Source: an uncultured Pseudomonadota bacterium (GTDB lineage: Bacteria > Pseudomonadota > Gammaproteobacteria > Burkholderiales > Methylophilaceae). Taken from it: a stretch of DNA of 54,731 bases. The translations under genes were made by a program, and so were the position numbers. The notes under the pieces were generated by a model. That model did not search any database. It was not told the origin of the DNA and saw only the letters and a list, made by a program, of their open reading frames with translations. Positions 20,596 through 28,812 of this stretch are shown in pieces; position 1 is the first letter of the stretch; each line of letters opens with the position of its first letter. Location of the stretch: NCBI GenBank assembly GCA_903926935.1, contig CAIYLB010000076.1, positions 1 to 54,731 of the forward strand, written 5' to 3'.

Positions 20596-21567
20596 CTAAA
20601 GTACTTTTGTATAGCGTGACATAGTCGATGATTCACGTTCAAACCAAGATTCTGCCTCATGAGTAAAAGCGGTCGACTGGCTAAAGTCAACATGGGATTC
20701 AAGCGTATCAATAGAAAAAATTCGTTCGCAGGGCACGCCTGCAACGGTTAGTTTTTGGCGAACAACATCCATTACTGCCGAATTTCCATACTGATATTGA
20801 GTTATGCACTCAAATCCTTCTAAGCAAAATAAATCTTGCCCCATCCGGGATGCTTGTGTTGAATGGATCACGTTAAAACCTTGCTGAACCGAGCCTTTAG
20901 CCACGGAGGTCTCAAAGTTTAATAAACTTGTCAAAAGTCCAATATCACCACTAGCATTTGCGACCAAACTCTTAAGCGTGGCCCCTGGCACCTTATTAAA
21001 AAATTCTGGCCCACGTCCTAACACCAATCCAGCATAGTCTCCGCAGACTATTAATCCACCACCGCTATGTCGAACTTCTCCGGTGGAAAGATTACGCTCT
21101 TCTATCAGATTTAGCCCCACCAACGGCCCCGAACTAGAAGGCTGTAAACGCCAATCTTCAACATAAGCATCGCTAGGGCAAAACTCAACCATACAATTAC
21201 CAACACGCTTTAATATGGCCGGCTCGGTCCAGCGATTGTGCAGTTGGAATGAAGCATTAGCTTCCTGCCAACTTAATATTTCGCCATCCCAGTCTGAAGC
21301 CGCTAACCAGCCCTCATAGTTGGCAACTTGCTGTAACTCATCTTCAGAATACTCAAGCAAAGGCTTCGCTACTACTTGGTCAGCATCACGAGGCAAACGA
21401 AGGTCAATGCTAAAGTTACGACTCTGTAACCAGCACACATGTGTTTTAAGGTCAGTCATACCATTAGCAAAACTAATCGAATAACGCTTAAAGAAACCCA
21501 GCATCCAATCAGGTACACTATGCTCAGGGCGTTTACCATGTAGCTCGACTAGTTCTTGCAGCTTCAT
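20596..21567 (-). CDS. Uncharacterised protein coupled to the 2OG dioxygenase; candidate hydroxymethyl-guanidine lyase
   Basis: Start overlaps the dioxygenase stop; VCWLQ...IDLRLP and YVEDW motifs shared with 16711..17421. Function is inference. Confidence 0.65.
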   Translation of the reverse strand: MKLQELVELHGKRPEHSVPDWMLGFFKRYSISFANGMTDLKTHVCWLQSRNFSIDLRLPRDADQVVAKPLLEYSEDELQQVANYEGWLAASDWDGEILSWQEANASFQLHNRWTEPAILKRVGNCMVEFCPSDAYVEDWRLQPSSSGPLVGLNLIEERNLSTGEVRHSGGGLIVCGDYAGLVLGRGPEFFNKVPGATLKSLVANASGDIGLLTSLLNFETSVAKGSVQQGFNVIHSTQASRMGQDLFCLEGFECITQYQYGNSAVMDVVRQKLTVAGVPCERIFSIDTLESHVDFSQSTAFTHEAESWFERESSTMSRYTKVL

Positions 21568-22637
21568 TTAGTTAGCTCCACAGATTCTAAATGAGATTGC
21601 GGCTTATGCCCAAAAGATGACAACCCTTTTGCGCCATCGGGTAATACCAAGGCACCATTAGCTAGACGATTTTTGAGATAGGCAAAGGTTTGCATAGTTT
21701 GTGCATATAGATGCTCCCCACATACTATCGGTTTATAGTGCGAAGGCTTATCTGTCGATAAAAGTGATTCTATAGGCTTTATCACCGTGTCATAATCACA
21801 TGCGCAGAACAATGGAAACGAGTAGCGCTCCTGCTTTACTTTTCTTACCCTATGCATGGTTGCGACGAAATATCCATTGCTTAACACTTCCAGCATGTCA
21901 CCAATATTGATAACAAAAGCTCCACTTACAACTGGCGCATCGATCCACTCCATGGCGCCATTCTGGACCTCCAAACCATCCTCGGTGGCTAGCAGAATGG
22001 TGAAACATTCGTAATCTGTGTGGGCTCCTATTCCAGGCCTATCTTCTGGGGCCGCTGGACTAAAAGGATAATGCACAAGTCGCAATTGACTTGGTGGCGC
22101 AGTGACTTTATTGGTGAAATAATCTTCTGGCAGATTCAAGGCCAAAGCAAAGCCTCGGAATAGCGCATTACTTAACGCAAAAACTGCATCGTAATAGGCC
22201 TTGACATCTTCTTTAAATCTAGGGAAATCTGGCCAGCGATTTGGGCCTAACATTGGTCTACGTACTTCTGACTGCTTAAGATCAAAACCAACATCGTAAG
22301 CTTCTTTGAGATCTGGCTTGGCTGAAAGATACTGCTCTTCGCCCTCAGGGACATAGCCACTGTGATTGGAAGAGTTGCCTATATAATCCTGCATCTTTTG
22401 CTCATAGGTCTGAGAAAAATATTCACGAGTGCGTGTCTTGAGATTTTCAATCAAATCTTGCTGCACACCATGTCCTACAATGTAAAGAAAACCTGCATCA
22501 CGTGCTGCATTTCCAAGTGCTTTTGCAGCTTCCTTACGTTCGGTAAGATCGGATGAAAATAATAAAGAGATATCTATCAGTGGTAGTTTCTTAAAGGCTG
22601 TATGTGGGCGAACCGGACTAATCTGAACTTCAGACAT
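21564..22637 (-). CDS. 2-oxoglutarate/Fe(II) dioxygenase, IPNS-like family
   Basis: LPLIDIS, GFLYIVGHG, HTD...H facial triad (HTDYEC, MHRV) and RYS; ATG at 22637 after an AAAGGA RBS. Confidence 0.92.
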   Translation of the reverse strand: MSEVQISPVRPHTAFKKLPLIDISLLFSSDLTERKEAAKALGNAARDAGFLYIVGHGVQQDLIENLKTRTREYFSQTYEQKMQDYIGNSSNHSGYVPEGEEQYLSAKPDLKEAYDVGFDLKQSEVRRPMLGPNRWPDFPRFKEDVKAYYDAVFALSNALFRGFALALNLPEDYFTNKVTAPPSQLRLVHYPFSPAAPEDRPGIGAHTDYECFTILLATEDGLEVQNGAMEWIDAPVVSGAFVINIGDMLEVLSNGYFVATMHRVRKVKQERYSFPLFCACDYDTVIKPIESLLSTDKPSHYKPIVCGEHLYAQTMQTFAYLKNRLANGALVLPDGAKGLSSFGHKPQSHLESVELTK

Positions 22638-22658
22638 GCTAAATCCTTTCAAAAGTAT

Positions 22659-22764
22659 CTGGTCGTCCAGTTGAGGTTTGTTGAGCTAATAAAATCTAAC
22701 AAAGCACATAACCGACATATTTTTGCTCTTATGCTCGCTAAGAACCATCCTAGGTCGTCCCAGG
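22659..22764 (-). ncRNA. Guanidine-II (mini-ykkC) riboswitch-like hairpin pair with long linker
   Basis: P1 CCUGGG-ACGA-CCUAGG (22749-22764) and P2 CUGG-ACGA-CCAG (22659-22670), with P2 just ahead of the RBS; 78-nt linker. Confidence 0.75.
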
Positions 22765-22789
22765 CAAGATAAATGTTAATATTTATTAA

Positions 22790-22805
22790 AGCAATGTATA
22801 TGCCA
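22790..22805 (-). promoter_or_regulatory. sigma54 -24/-12 promoter, operon B
   Basis: TGGCAT-ATACA-TTGCT, 25 bp upstream of hairpin P1. Confidence 0.8.
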
Positions 22806-23146
22806 AACATATAGCAGACTGCTAGATGTGAATTTTCGTTTTTATTTTGTAGTGGGCAAAACACTTCATTTAAGGCGAATTAGCCCTTATGATTAGAATA
22901 GCGCGAGTAAATCTTACTATTCATACTAGGAGCAGCATATTCTATTCATTAATTTCTTGGTACATTAGCATGCGTGACGCACCAAATTGAAGCCATCTTG
23001 GGGATTCATCTGAGAAGAGCTAACCGCAAAAACATACCAATCGAGCCAGCATTTGGCTTGCCCCTCAAATAGATAAGCTAAAGCTCATTATGCACACGTC
23101 AAAGCTGATTATTCGTATGTGAAAGTGACAATTAAAGAGTGAGAGT

Positions 23147-23485
23147 GAAGCTGGCCGATAAGCCGGGTTCTGTAGGCCTTATTACTAAGGCTGACAGTCA
23201 TTCATCTAGGCGCACAATTACTTGTACGCTCAAGCAACCTACCCGCTGGCAGCGCGAACCACGCCTTATTAACCGAAGTTAAAGCGCCAGCCTATTTGGT
23301 CTTGCTGCGAATGGAGGTTACCGCGTTTCACCGTAACTTAATACGCTCGTCTCTGTGGCCCTATTCCGCGCCTTATACTTGGTTGCCCAAGCTTTCAACG
23401 TACGGCCGTTAGCCGTCATCCCGCTCTATGCAGCCCGGACTTTCCTCCCCTCACTTACGTGAGCGGCGACTGTCTAGCCAGCTTC
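23147..23485 (-). ncRNA. rnpB: RNase P RNA, class A
   Basis: GAAGCUGGC ends pair; GAGGAAAGUCCGGGC and ACAGAACCCGGCUUA universal motifs. Confidence 0.98.
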
Positions 23486-23532
23486 GAGCGTATTTTAACA
23501 CGCTAAACAAATAGCAAAATATTCATTTACGA

Positions 23533-23629
23533 CATTCCATGATTGACACGGAACCCAGCAAAAAAATAAAGTTTGCGAAAGCAAAGCACAAAACCAAAAG
23601 CCACTGGATTCCCTGTCAAGCACGGAATG
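23533..23629. repeat. REP-like inverted doublet
   Basis: CATTCCATGATTGACACGGAACCCAG (23533-23558) matches the reverse complement of 23604-23629 at 22 of 26 positions; each arm is itself palindromic. Confidence 0.7.
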
Positions 23630-23658
23630 ATGGGGTTTCAGAGATTTTGATTTTAAAT

Positions 23659-23856
23659 CCCCTGCTACCGCGCCTAAGATTTGAATTATTTTGGGAGGCT
23701 TTCGGCAAGCGGCTGTTTGAGCGTAGCGAGTTTCCGCTTGCCGTCCCAAAATAAAGCGAATCTGAGGAAACAAGCGGTAGGGGGTAGCCTTTTCTTTGGT
23801 TACTTTCTTTTGGCTAAGCAAAAGAAAGTAACTCGCCAGTCGCGCGAAAGCGAAGC
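23659..23856. repeat. About 200-bp highly structured element, probably an interspersed repeat
   Basis: Nested stems CCCCTGCTACCGC/GCGGTAGGGG, TTATTTTGGGA/TCCCAAAATAA and CGGCAAGCGG/CCGCTTGCCG, plus hairpin GTTACTTTCTTTTG/CAAAAGAAAGTAAC. Confidence 0.7.
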
Positions 23857-23889
23857 CTTTATTCACACTATTTCTATAGTGTTGCTGAC

Positions 23890-24936
23890 TTAGACAATCT
23901 TCCAATTCAAAGCCTGCCCAGCCCTTAACGGCACTAAAAAATCCCCATCAAACGGCAAACTTGCCGGCACAATCCAACTTTCTTTCAGCAGCGTAATCTG
24001 ATCAACATTCCTCGGCAAACCATAAAAATCTGCCCCATAAAAACCGGAAAATCCTTCCAACTTATCCAAGGCATTTGCAGCATCAAACGCTTCCGCGTAC
24101 AACTCAATCGCCGTGTGTGCGGTATACATGCCAGCACAACCACAAGCGTTTTCCTTAGCTGATTTGGCATGCGGCGCACTATCCGTACCTAAGAAAAACT
24201 TCGTATTACCTGACGTTGCGGCACTTACCAAAGCCACGCGATGCTCTTCACGCTTTAAAATCGGCAAGCAATAATGATGCGGCTGAATACCGCCTTTAAA
24301 CATATCATTACGGTTCATCAATAAGTGATGTGCAGTAATGGTTGCCGCCACATTGCTCGGCGCTTCCGTTACAAAATCGGCGGCATCTTTAGTGGTGATA
24401 TGTTCAAACACGATTTTTAAAGCTGGGTATTTTTTGAGTAAAGGAATCATGTGACGCTGAATAAATACGCGTTCGCGGTCAAAAACATCCACCTCCGCAT
24501 CGGTCACTTCTGCATGGACTAACAAAGGTAGGCCTAGCTTCTCCATTTCTGCTAAGGCTTTCGCGCAATGATCTAAACTGGTGACACCAGAATCTGAATT
24601 AGTCGTCGCGCCTGCCGGGTATAGCTTTACGCCGTGAATAATGCCACTGTCTTTTGCTTGCACTATATCTTCGGCCGTGGTGTTATCCGTCAGATATAAA
24701 GTCATGAGCGGCTCAAATTGCATGCCTTGCGGTAACGCCGCTAAAATACGTTGTCGATAAGCTAGCGCTAATTCAGTAGTGGTGACTGGTGGGCGTAAAT
24801 TCGGCATCACAATCGCACGGGCAAATTGCTTTGCCGTATCTGGCAACACGGCTTTTAACGCAGCGCCGTCGCGTAAATGTAAATGCCAGTCATCTGGGCG
24901 AGTAATAGTCAGTGTGATTATTGGTGTATTAGTCAT
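23890..24936 (-). CDS. pyrC: Dihydroorotase (homodimeric type)
   Basis: [19 protein letters not shown] and GTDSAPH. Confidence 0.98.
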   Translation of the reverse strand: MTNTPIITLTITRPDDWHLHLRDGAALKAVLPDTAKQFARAIVMPNLRPPVTTTELALAYRQRILAALPQGMQFEPLMTLYLTDNTTAEDIVQAKDSGIIHGVKLYPAGATTNSDSGVTSLDHCAKALAEMEKLGLPLLVHAEVTDAEVDVFDRERVFIQRHMIPLLKKYPALKIVFEHITTKDAADFVTEAPSNVAATITAHHLLMNRNDMFKGGIQPHHYCLPILKREEHRVALVSAATSGNTKFFLGTDSAPHAKSAKENACGCAGMYTAHTAIELYAEAFDAANALDKLEGFSGFYGADFYGLPRNVDQITLLKESWIVPASLPFDGDFLVPLRAGQALNWKIV

Positions 24937-24965
24937 TTTTCAGCGCTTATTCCGGTGCGTAAAGA

Positions 24966-25898
24966 TTATTTTTTCAAAGCATTAGTGTTTGAGGCTATAG
25001 TGTTTAAGGCTTCAACTTTAAGACTTAGTGCAAACTCATATAGTACATTTTTCTTTTCATTGGTAATTTCGGTTGCCAATTTTACCGCTTGTTTAAGTGG
25101 CAAATCAGCTAATAATAATTTTAAAACACGTACCGTTTCTTCTGGAATTTCTTCGGCATCTTTCACTGCTGCGGCTTCAATTAACAATACAAATTCGCCA
25201 CGCTGTTGATTCGCGTCAGCTTTTATCCAAGCCTCTGCGTCTTGCAGCGCACAACTATAAATAGTCTCAAAGGTCTTGGTAACTTCGCGGGCAATGGTAA
25301 TGCGTCGCTCTGCACCAAGCACATTAGCCATATCAACGATACTTTCTATAATGCGATGTGGTGCTTCATAAAATACCAGTGTGACAGTCTGAGCTTTCAA
25401 AACTTCCAAGGCTTTGCGTCGAGCTGCACCACTGGCTGGCAAAAAGCCGTGAAACATAAAGCCATTTTGAATAATTCCGCTAGCAGAAAGTGCCGTAATC
25501 ACAGCGCTGGCGCCAGGAATTGGCACGACTTTTACGCCAGCCTTGCGCACAAAATCGACCACTACCGCACCTGGATCACTAATACCCGGCGTACCGGCGT
25601 CTGTAACCAAGGCGATATTTTCACCAGCTTGTAATTGTAATAAAAGCTTTTCAGCCGACTGATGTTCGTTATGCTCATGCACAGCAATTAGTTTTTTGCT
25701 AATGCCAAAGTGCGATAACAAACCCGACGTATGGCGCGTATCTTCAGCGGCAATAGCATCAACAGATTTTAATGTTTCTATGGCACGTAAGGTAATGTCG
25801 CTTAAATTACCGATAGGCGTTGCCACCACATATAATGTACCGTGGTTATTATTGCTTTGCTGATTCAAACTTAATTTACTCAGATTTAATTTATTCAT
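24966..25898 (-). CDS. rsmI: 16S rRNA C1402 2'-O-methyltransferase
   Basis: VATPIGNL.DI, AEDTR, DAGTPGISDPG and YEAPHR. Confidence 0.96.
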   Translation of the reverse strand: MNKLNLSKLSLNQQSNNNHGTLYVVATPIGNLSDITLRAIETLKSVDAIAAEDTRHTSGLLSHFGISKKLIAVHEHNEHQSAEKLLLQLQAGENIALVTDAGTPGISDPGAVVVDFVRKAGVKVVPIPGASAVITALSASGIIQNGFMFHGFLPASGAARRKALEVLKAQTVTLVFYEAPHRIIESIVDMANVLGAERRITIAREVTKTFETIYSCALQDAEAWIKADANQQRGEFVLLIEAAAVKDAEEIPEETVRVLKLLLADLPLKQAVKLATEITNEKKNVLYEFALSLKVEALNTIASNTNALKK

Positions 25899-25932
25899 AT
25901 TGAAAGTTTAACGCCAAGCTTGCCTATCGCCT

Positions 25933-26298
25933 ATGAAAATCAATCAAAATAACGCAGGATTAGCCGCAGAACAGTTAGCTGTAACTTATTTGACGAATCA
26001 CGGCCTTAAAATAGTAGCGCAAAATTATCATTGCCGTTTTGGTGAAATTGATTTAATTATGAAGGATGGTAAAACCCTTGTATTTGTTGAGGTTAGGCTA
26101 AGATCTAACCCTAAATTTGGTAGCGCTGCAGCCAGCATTACGCTACAAAAACAACAAAAACTAATCTTAACCGCACAGCATTATTTGCAAGAGCATTCTA
26201 GACAGCATGGCGACTGCGCATGCCGCTTTGATGCCATTTTAATGGCCAAAGTAGATGTTGAACTCATTGAGTGGCTACGTAATGCATTTGACGCATAA
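25933..26298 (+). CDS. yraN: YraN-family predicted nuclease
   Basis: GEIDLI, FVEVR and RFD; divergent from rsmI. Confidence 0.92.
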   Translation: MKINQNNAGLAAEQLAVTYLTNHGLKIVAQNYHCRFGEIDLIMKDGKTLVFVEVRLRSNPKFGSAAASITLQKQQKLILTAQHYLQEHSRQHGDCACRFDAILMAKVDVELIEWLRNAFDA

Positions 26299-26363
26299 TT
26301 GGCGTATCATTCGCAAAAATGAGATACTGTATTTCAATTGCACTAATCATTAAGGAGTCACCC

Positions 26364-26933
26364 ATGAATCTCATTACCAAACTAATTTTATCGGCTGGTT
26401 TAATCGCTCAAATGACCGCTTGTGTACCTGTAGTCATTGGCGGCGCTGCAGCTGGTGGCGCTATGGCTGCTGACAGACGCACCTCCGGTATTTATGTAGA
26501 AGATGAAAATATCGAGCTGAAAGCCATAAAGAAAATGGAAACCAACCTGGGTGAAAAAGCCCATGTAAATATTACTAGCTATAATCGCAACGTTTTACTG
26601 ACCGGCGAAGTACCAGAAGCAGCGGCAAAGATTAAAGCTGAAAGCTTAATCAAAGAAATCCCCAATACACGTTCTATTACCAATGAAATAGTAGTGGGCA
26701 CAAAATCATCAGTCGGTTCCCGTGCCAATGATGCTTACCTAACGTCTAAAGTTAAAACAAAGTTCGTCACCGAAAACAAATTTGCAGCAAATCTAGTCAA
26801 AGTTATCACAGAAAATAGCGTGGTATATTTAATGGGAATTGTCACTCAAGCAGAAGCTGATGCTGCCGTTGAAATTGCGCGAACAACAGATGGCGTAACA
26901 AAAGTTGTTAAAGTATTTGAGTTCATGCCATAA
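26364..26933 (+). CDS. Dual-BON-domain lipoprotein (DolP/YraP-like)
   Basis: AAGGAG RBS, lipobox-like MTAC, DRRTSG and two BON repeats. Confidence 0.88.
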   Translation: MNLITKLILSAGLIAQMTACVPVVIGGAAAGGAMAADRRTSGIYVEDENIELKAIKKMETNLGEKAHVNITSYNRNVLLTGEVPEAAAKIKAESLIKEIPNTRSITNEIVVGTKSSVGSRANDAYLTSKVKTKFVTENKFAANLVKVITENSVVYLMGIVTQAEADAAVEIARTTDGVTKVVKVFEFMP

Positions 26934-27003
26934 GCTAATTGACGCATATATTTAAATGAACAATTTAGTTTAATTCAACAGTGAAAAAACGGTAACTATT
27001 CAG

Positions 27004-27333
27004 ATGACACCAGAACAAACAGTAGAAAAAACGGCCTCTCAAACTCAGGGCGAAATTATCATAGAAGGCAATACTCGCGAAGGTAAAGCTTTCCGCCCGA
27101 GTGACTGGGTTGACCGTATGTGTAGCACTTATGCCACTTTTGGTGATGATCGAAAACTCAAATACTCTCCTTACTTAAAGCCTAAAGTAGTCAATGGCGT
27201 GCGCTGTCTAGCGGTAGATTTAAAGCTAAAGACAGTCAACTCGGAAGGCTATGCGCAATTAATGCATTTTGCTGAAGAGAACAATCTGAATATACTTGAT
27301 GCTACAGGCACTAGCATTGCCGTGCCTCACTAG
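27004..27333 (+). CDS. DUF3579-like conserved protein
   Basis: G.T..GK.FRPSDW.DR motif. Confidence 0.75.
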   Translation: MTPEQTVEKTASQTQGEIIIEGNTREGKAFRPSDWVDRMCSTYATFGDDRKLKYSPYLKPKVVNGVRCLAVDLKLKTVNSEGYAQLMHFAEENNLNILDATGTSIAVPH

Positions 27334-27394
27334 CATTTAATTTAATCACTTTTTTAACCTTAGCCCGCAATAATATTGTTAAGGCAGACTAGGG

Positions 27395-27880
27395 TTAACG
27401 TGCTTTTGAATCTGTATTTAAATTGATAAGTTGCTCTATATATTGCTTGGTAATTCGACCACGCTTAATTTTAAGCAATTCACCTTTTGGATTATAGATA
27501 AAAGTCGTCGGCATCACATCAGCTACGCCGATTTGCCTAACCACCGCATCATCTCCCAACACAATCGGGTACGAAATCAGCATATCATCAACATAAGTTT
27601 CCACTTCTTTGATACTGGCATAATCAAACACCACACCTAAAACCATCAAGTCTTTTTTGCTACGTTTATCATATAAATTGACTAGGTCAGGCACTTCTTC
27701 CAAACATGAAGGACACCAAGTTGCCCAATAATTAACTAACACCCATTTGCCTTTGTAATCGGACAATTGATGTTTAATGCTGGAACTATCTGTCAAGGAA
27801 AATTGTGCGACTACAGGGGGGCTAGCAAAAGAGTATGGACTAGCAATCAACAGCAAAAAACTTATAAAAATAGATCTCAT
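27395..27880 (-). CDS. TlpA-family thiol:disulfide oxidoreductase
   Basis: Signal-like N-terminus; NYWATWCPSC. Confidence 0.88.
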   Translation of the reverse strand: MRSIFISFLLLIASPYSFASPPVVAQFSLTDSSSIKHQLSDYKGKWVLVNYWATWCPSCLEEVPDLVNLYDKRSKKDLMVLGVVFDYASIKEVETYVDDMLISYPIVLGDDAVVRQIGVADVMPTTFIYNPKGELLKIKRGRITKQYIEQLINLNTDSKAR

Positions 27881-28337
27881 TTCATAAATTCCATAGTTAT
27901 ACTTTTAACAAAGATTAACGTTTAATCAATTACATATTAACAAGCAGAGGATTAATTACTCCGCATGAAATAAAATTTGATAGTAGTAAAGTGAACAACA
28001 TCATACAATGTTAAAAGATAAAGACGTGCAATAAACTGCGCCTAAAGCAGAATGTACTGGTATTATTATAAAGTGAAAGAAATGCTGCAAAACAAGCTGC
28101 CAGTCTAATTGCATCGATATGTAATTATTCAGCCCGATCGGCAATTAGCACTTACATAGAATAGTGAATCTAAGCATTTAATGCTCAATAACTAAATAGA
28201 GCAATCAAATCACTTTAACAAAAGTAATATAGCATGCCTATTAGCCAAGTAGATTTTATCTGTTTCACTTCACTAAAACAGAATTTTTCGATACGATACG
28301 TATTTATATTAAAGTACTATTTAATTAGAGGTTTTTC

Positions 28338-28664
28338 ATGAGCGAACACATCACACACCTTAGCGATGCAGGTTTTGAACAGGACGTTTTACACTCACAA
28401 CTACCTGTTTTAGTAGATTACTGGGCTGAATGGTGCGGCCCATGCAAAATGATAGCGCCTATTTTAGATGAGATATCTAAAGAATATGCTGGTCGCCTGA
28501 AAGTGACTAAACTTAACATTGACGACAATCAATTAACACCGCCTAAATATGGCATTCGTGGAATTCCTACGCTAATGTTATTTAAAAATGGTAATGTTGA
28601 AGCGACTAAAGTAGGTGCTTTATCAAAATCACAATTGACCGCCTTTATTGACAGCAACATCTAA
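28338..28664 (+). CDS. trxA: Thioredoxin 1
   Basis: WCGPC; lies upstream of rho. Confidence 0.98.
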   Translation: MSEHITHLSDAGFEQDVLHSQLPVLVDYWAEWCGPCKMIAPILDEISKEYAGRLKVTKLNIDDNQLTPPKYGIRGIPTLMLFKNGNVEATKVGALSKSQLTAFIDSNI

Positions 28665-28812
28665 ACGCATTACGCTGTACTTATTGTTGTAAATGCTGGA
28701 TTAATTCAAATAATCGAGCATTTACAATAGTAAAATCAAACAGTAGCAATAAAAATTTTACCTCAGTACTTTCATAAACGACCCACACTTAATCTTGCTT
28801 TAGTGAGCCTCC

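Noticed and set aside
22686-22748. 20-codon ORF (MVLSEHKSKNMSVMCFVRFY) inside the guanidine-II linker
   Set aside because: No properly spaced RBS and no informative codon bias; probably chance, though ribosome profiling could test it.
22649-22864. 71-aa track ORF
   Set aside because: It overlaps the sigma54 promoter and riboswitch hairpins and has no recognisable motifs.
23495-23905. 136-, 71- and 70-aa ORFs
   Set aside because: Translations of palindromic repeat DNA on both strands.
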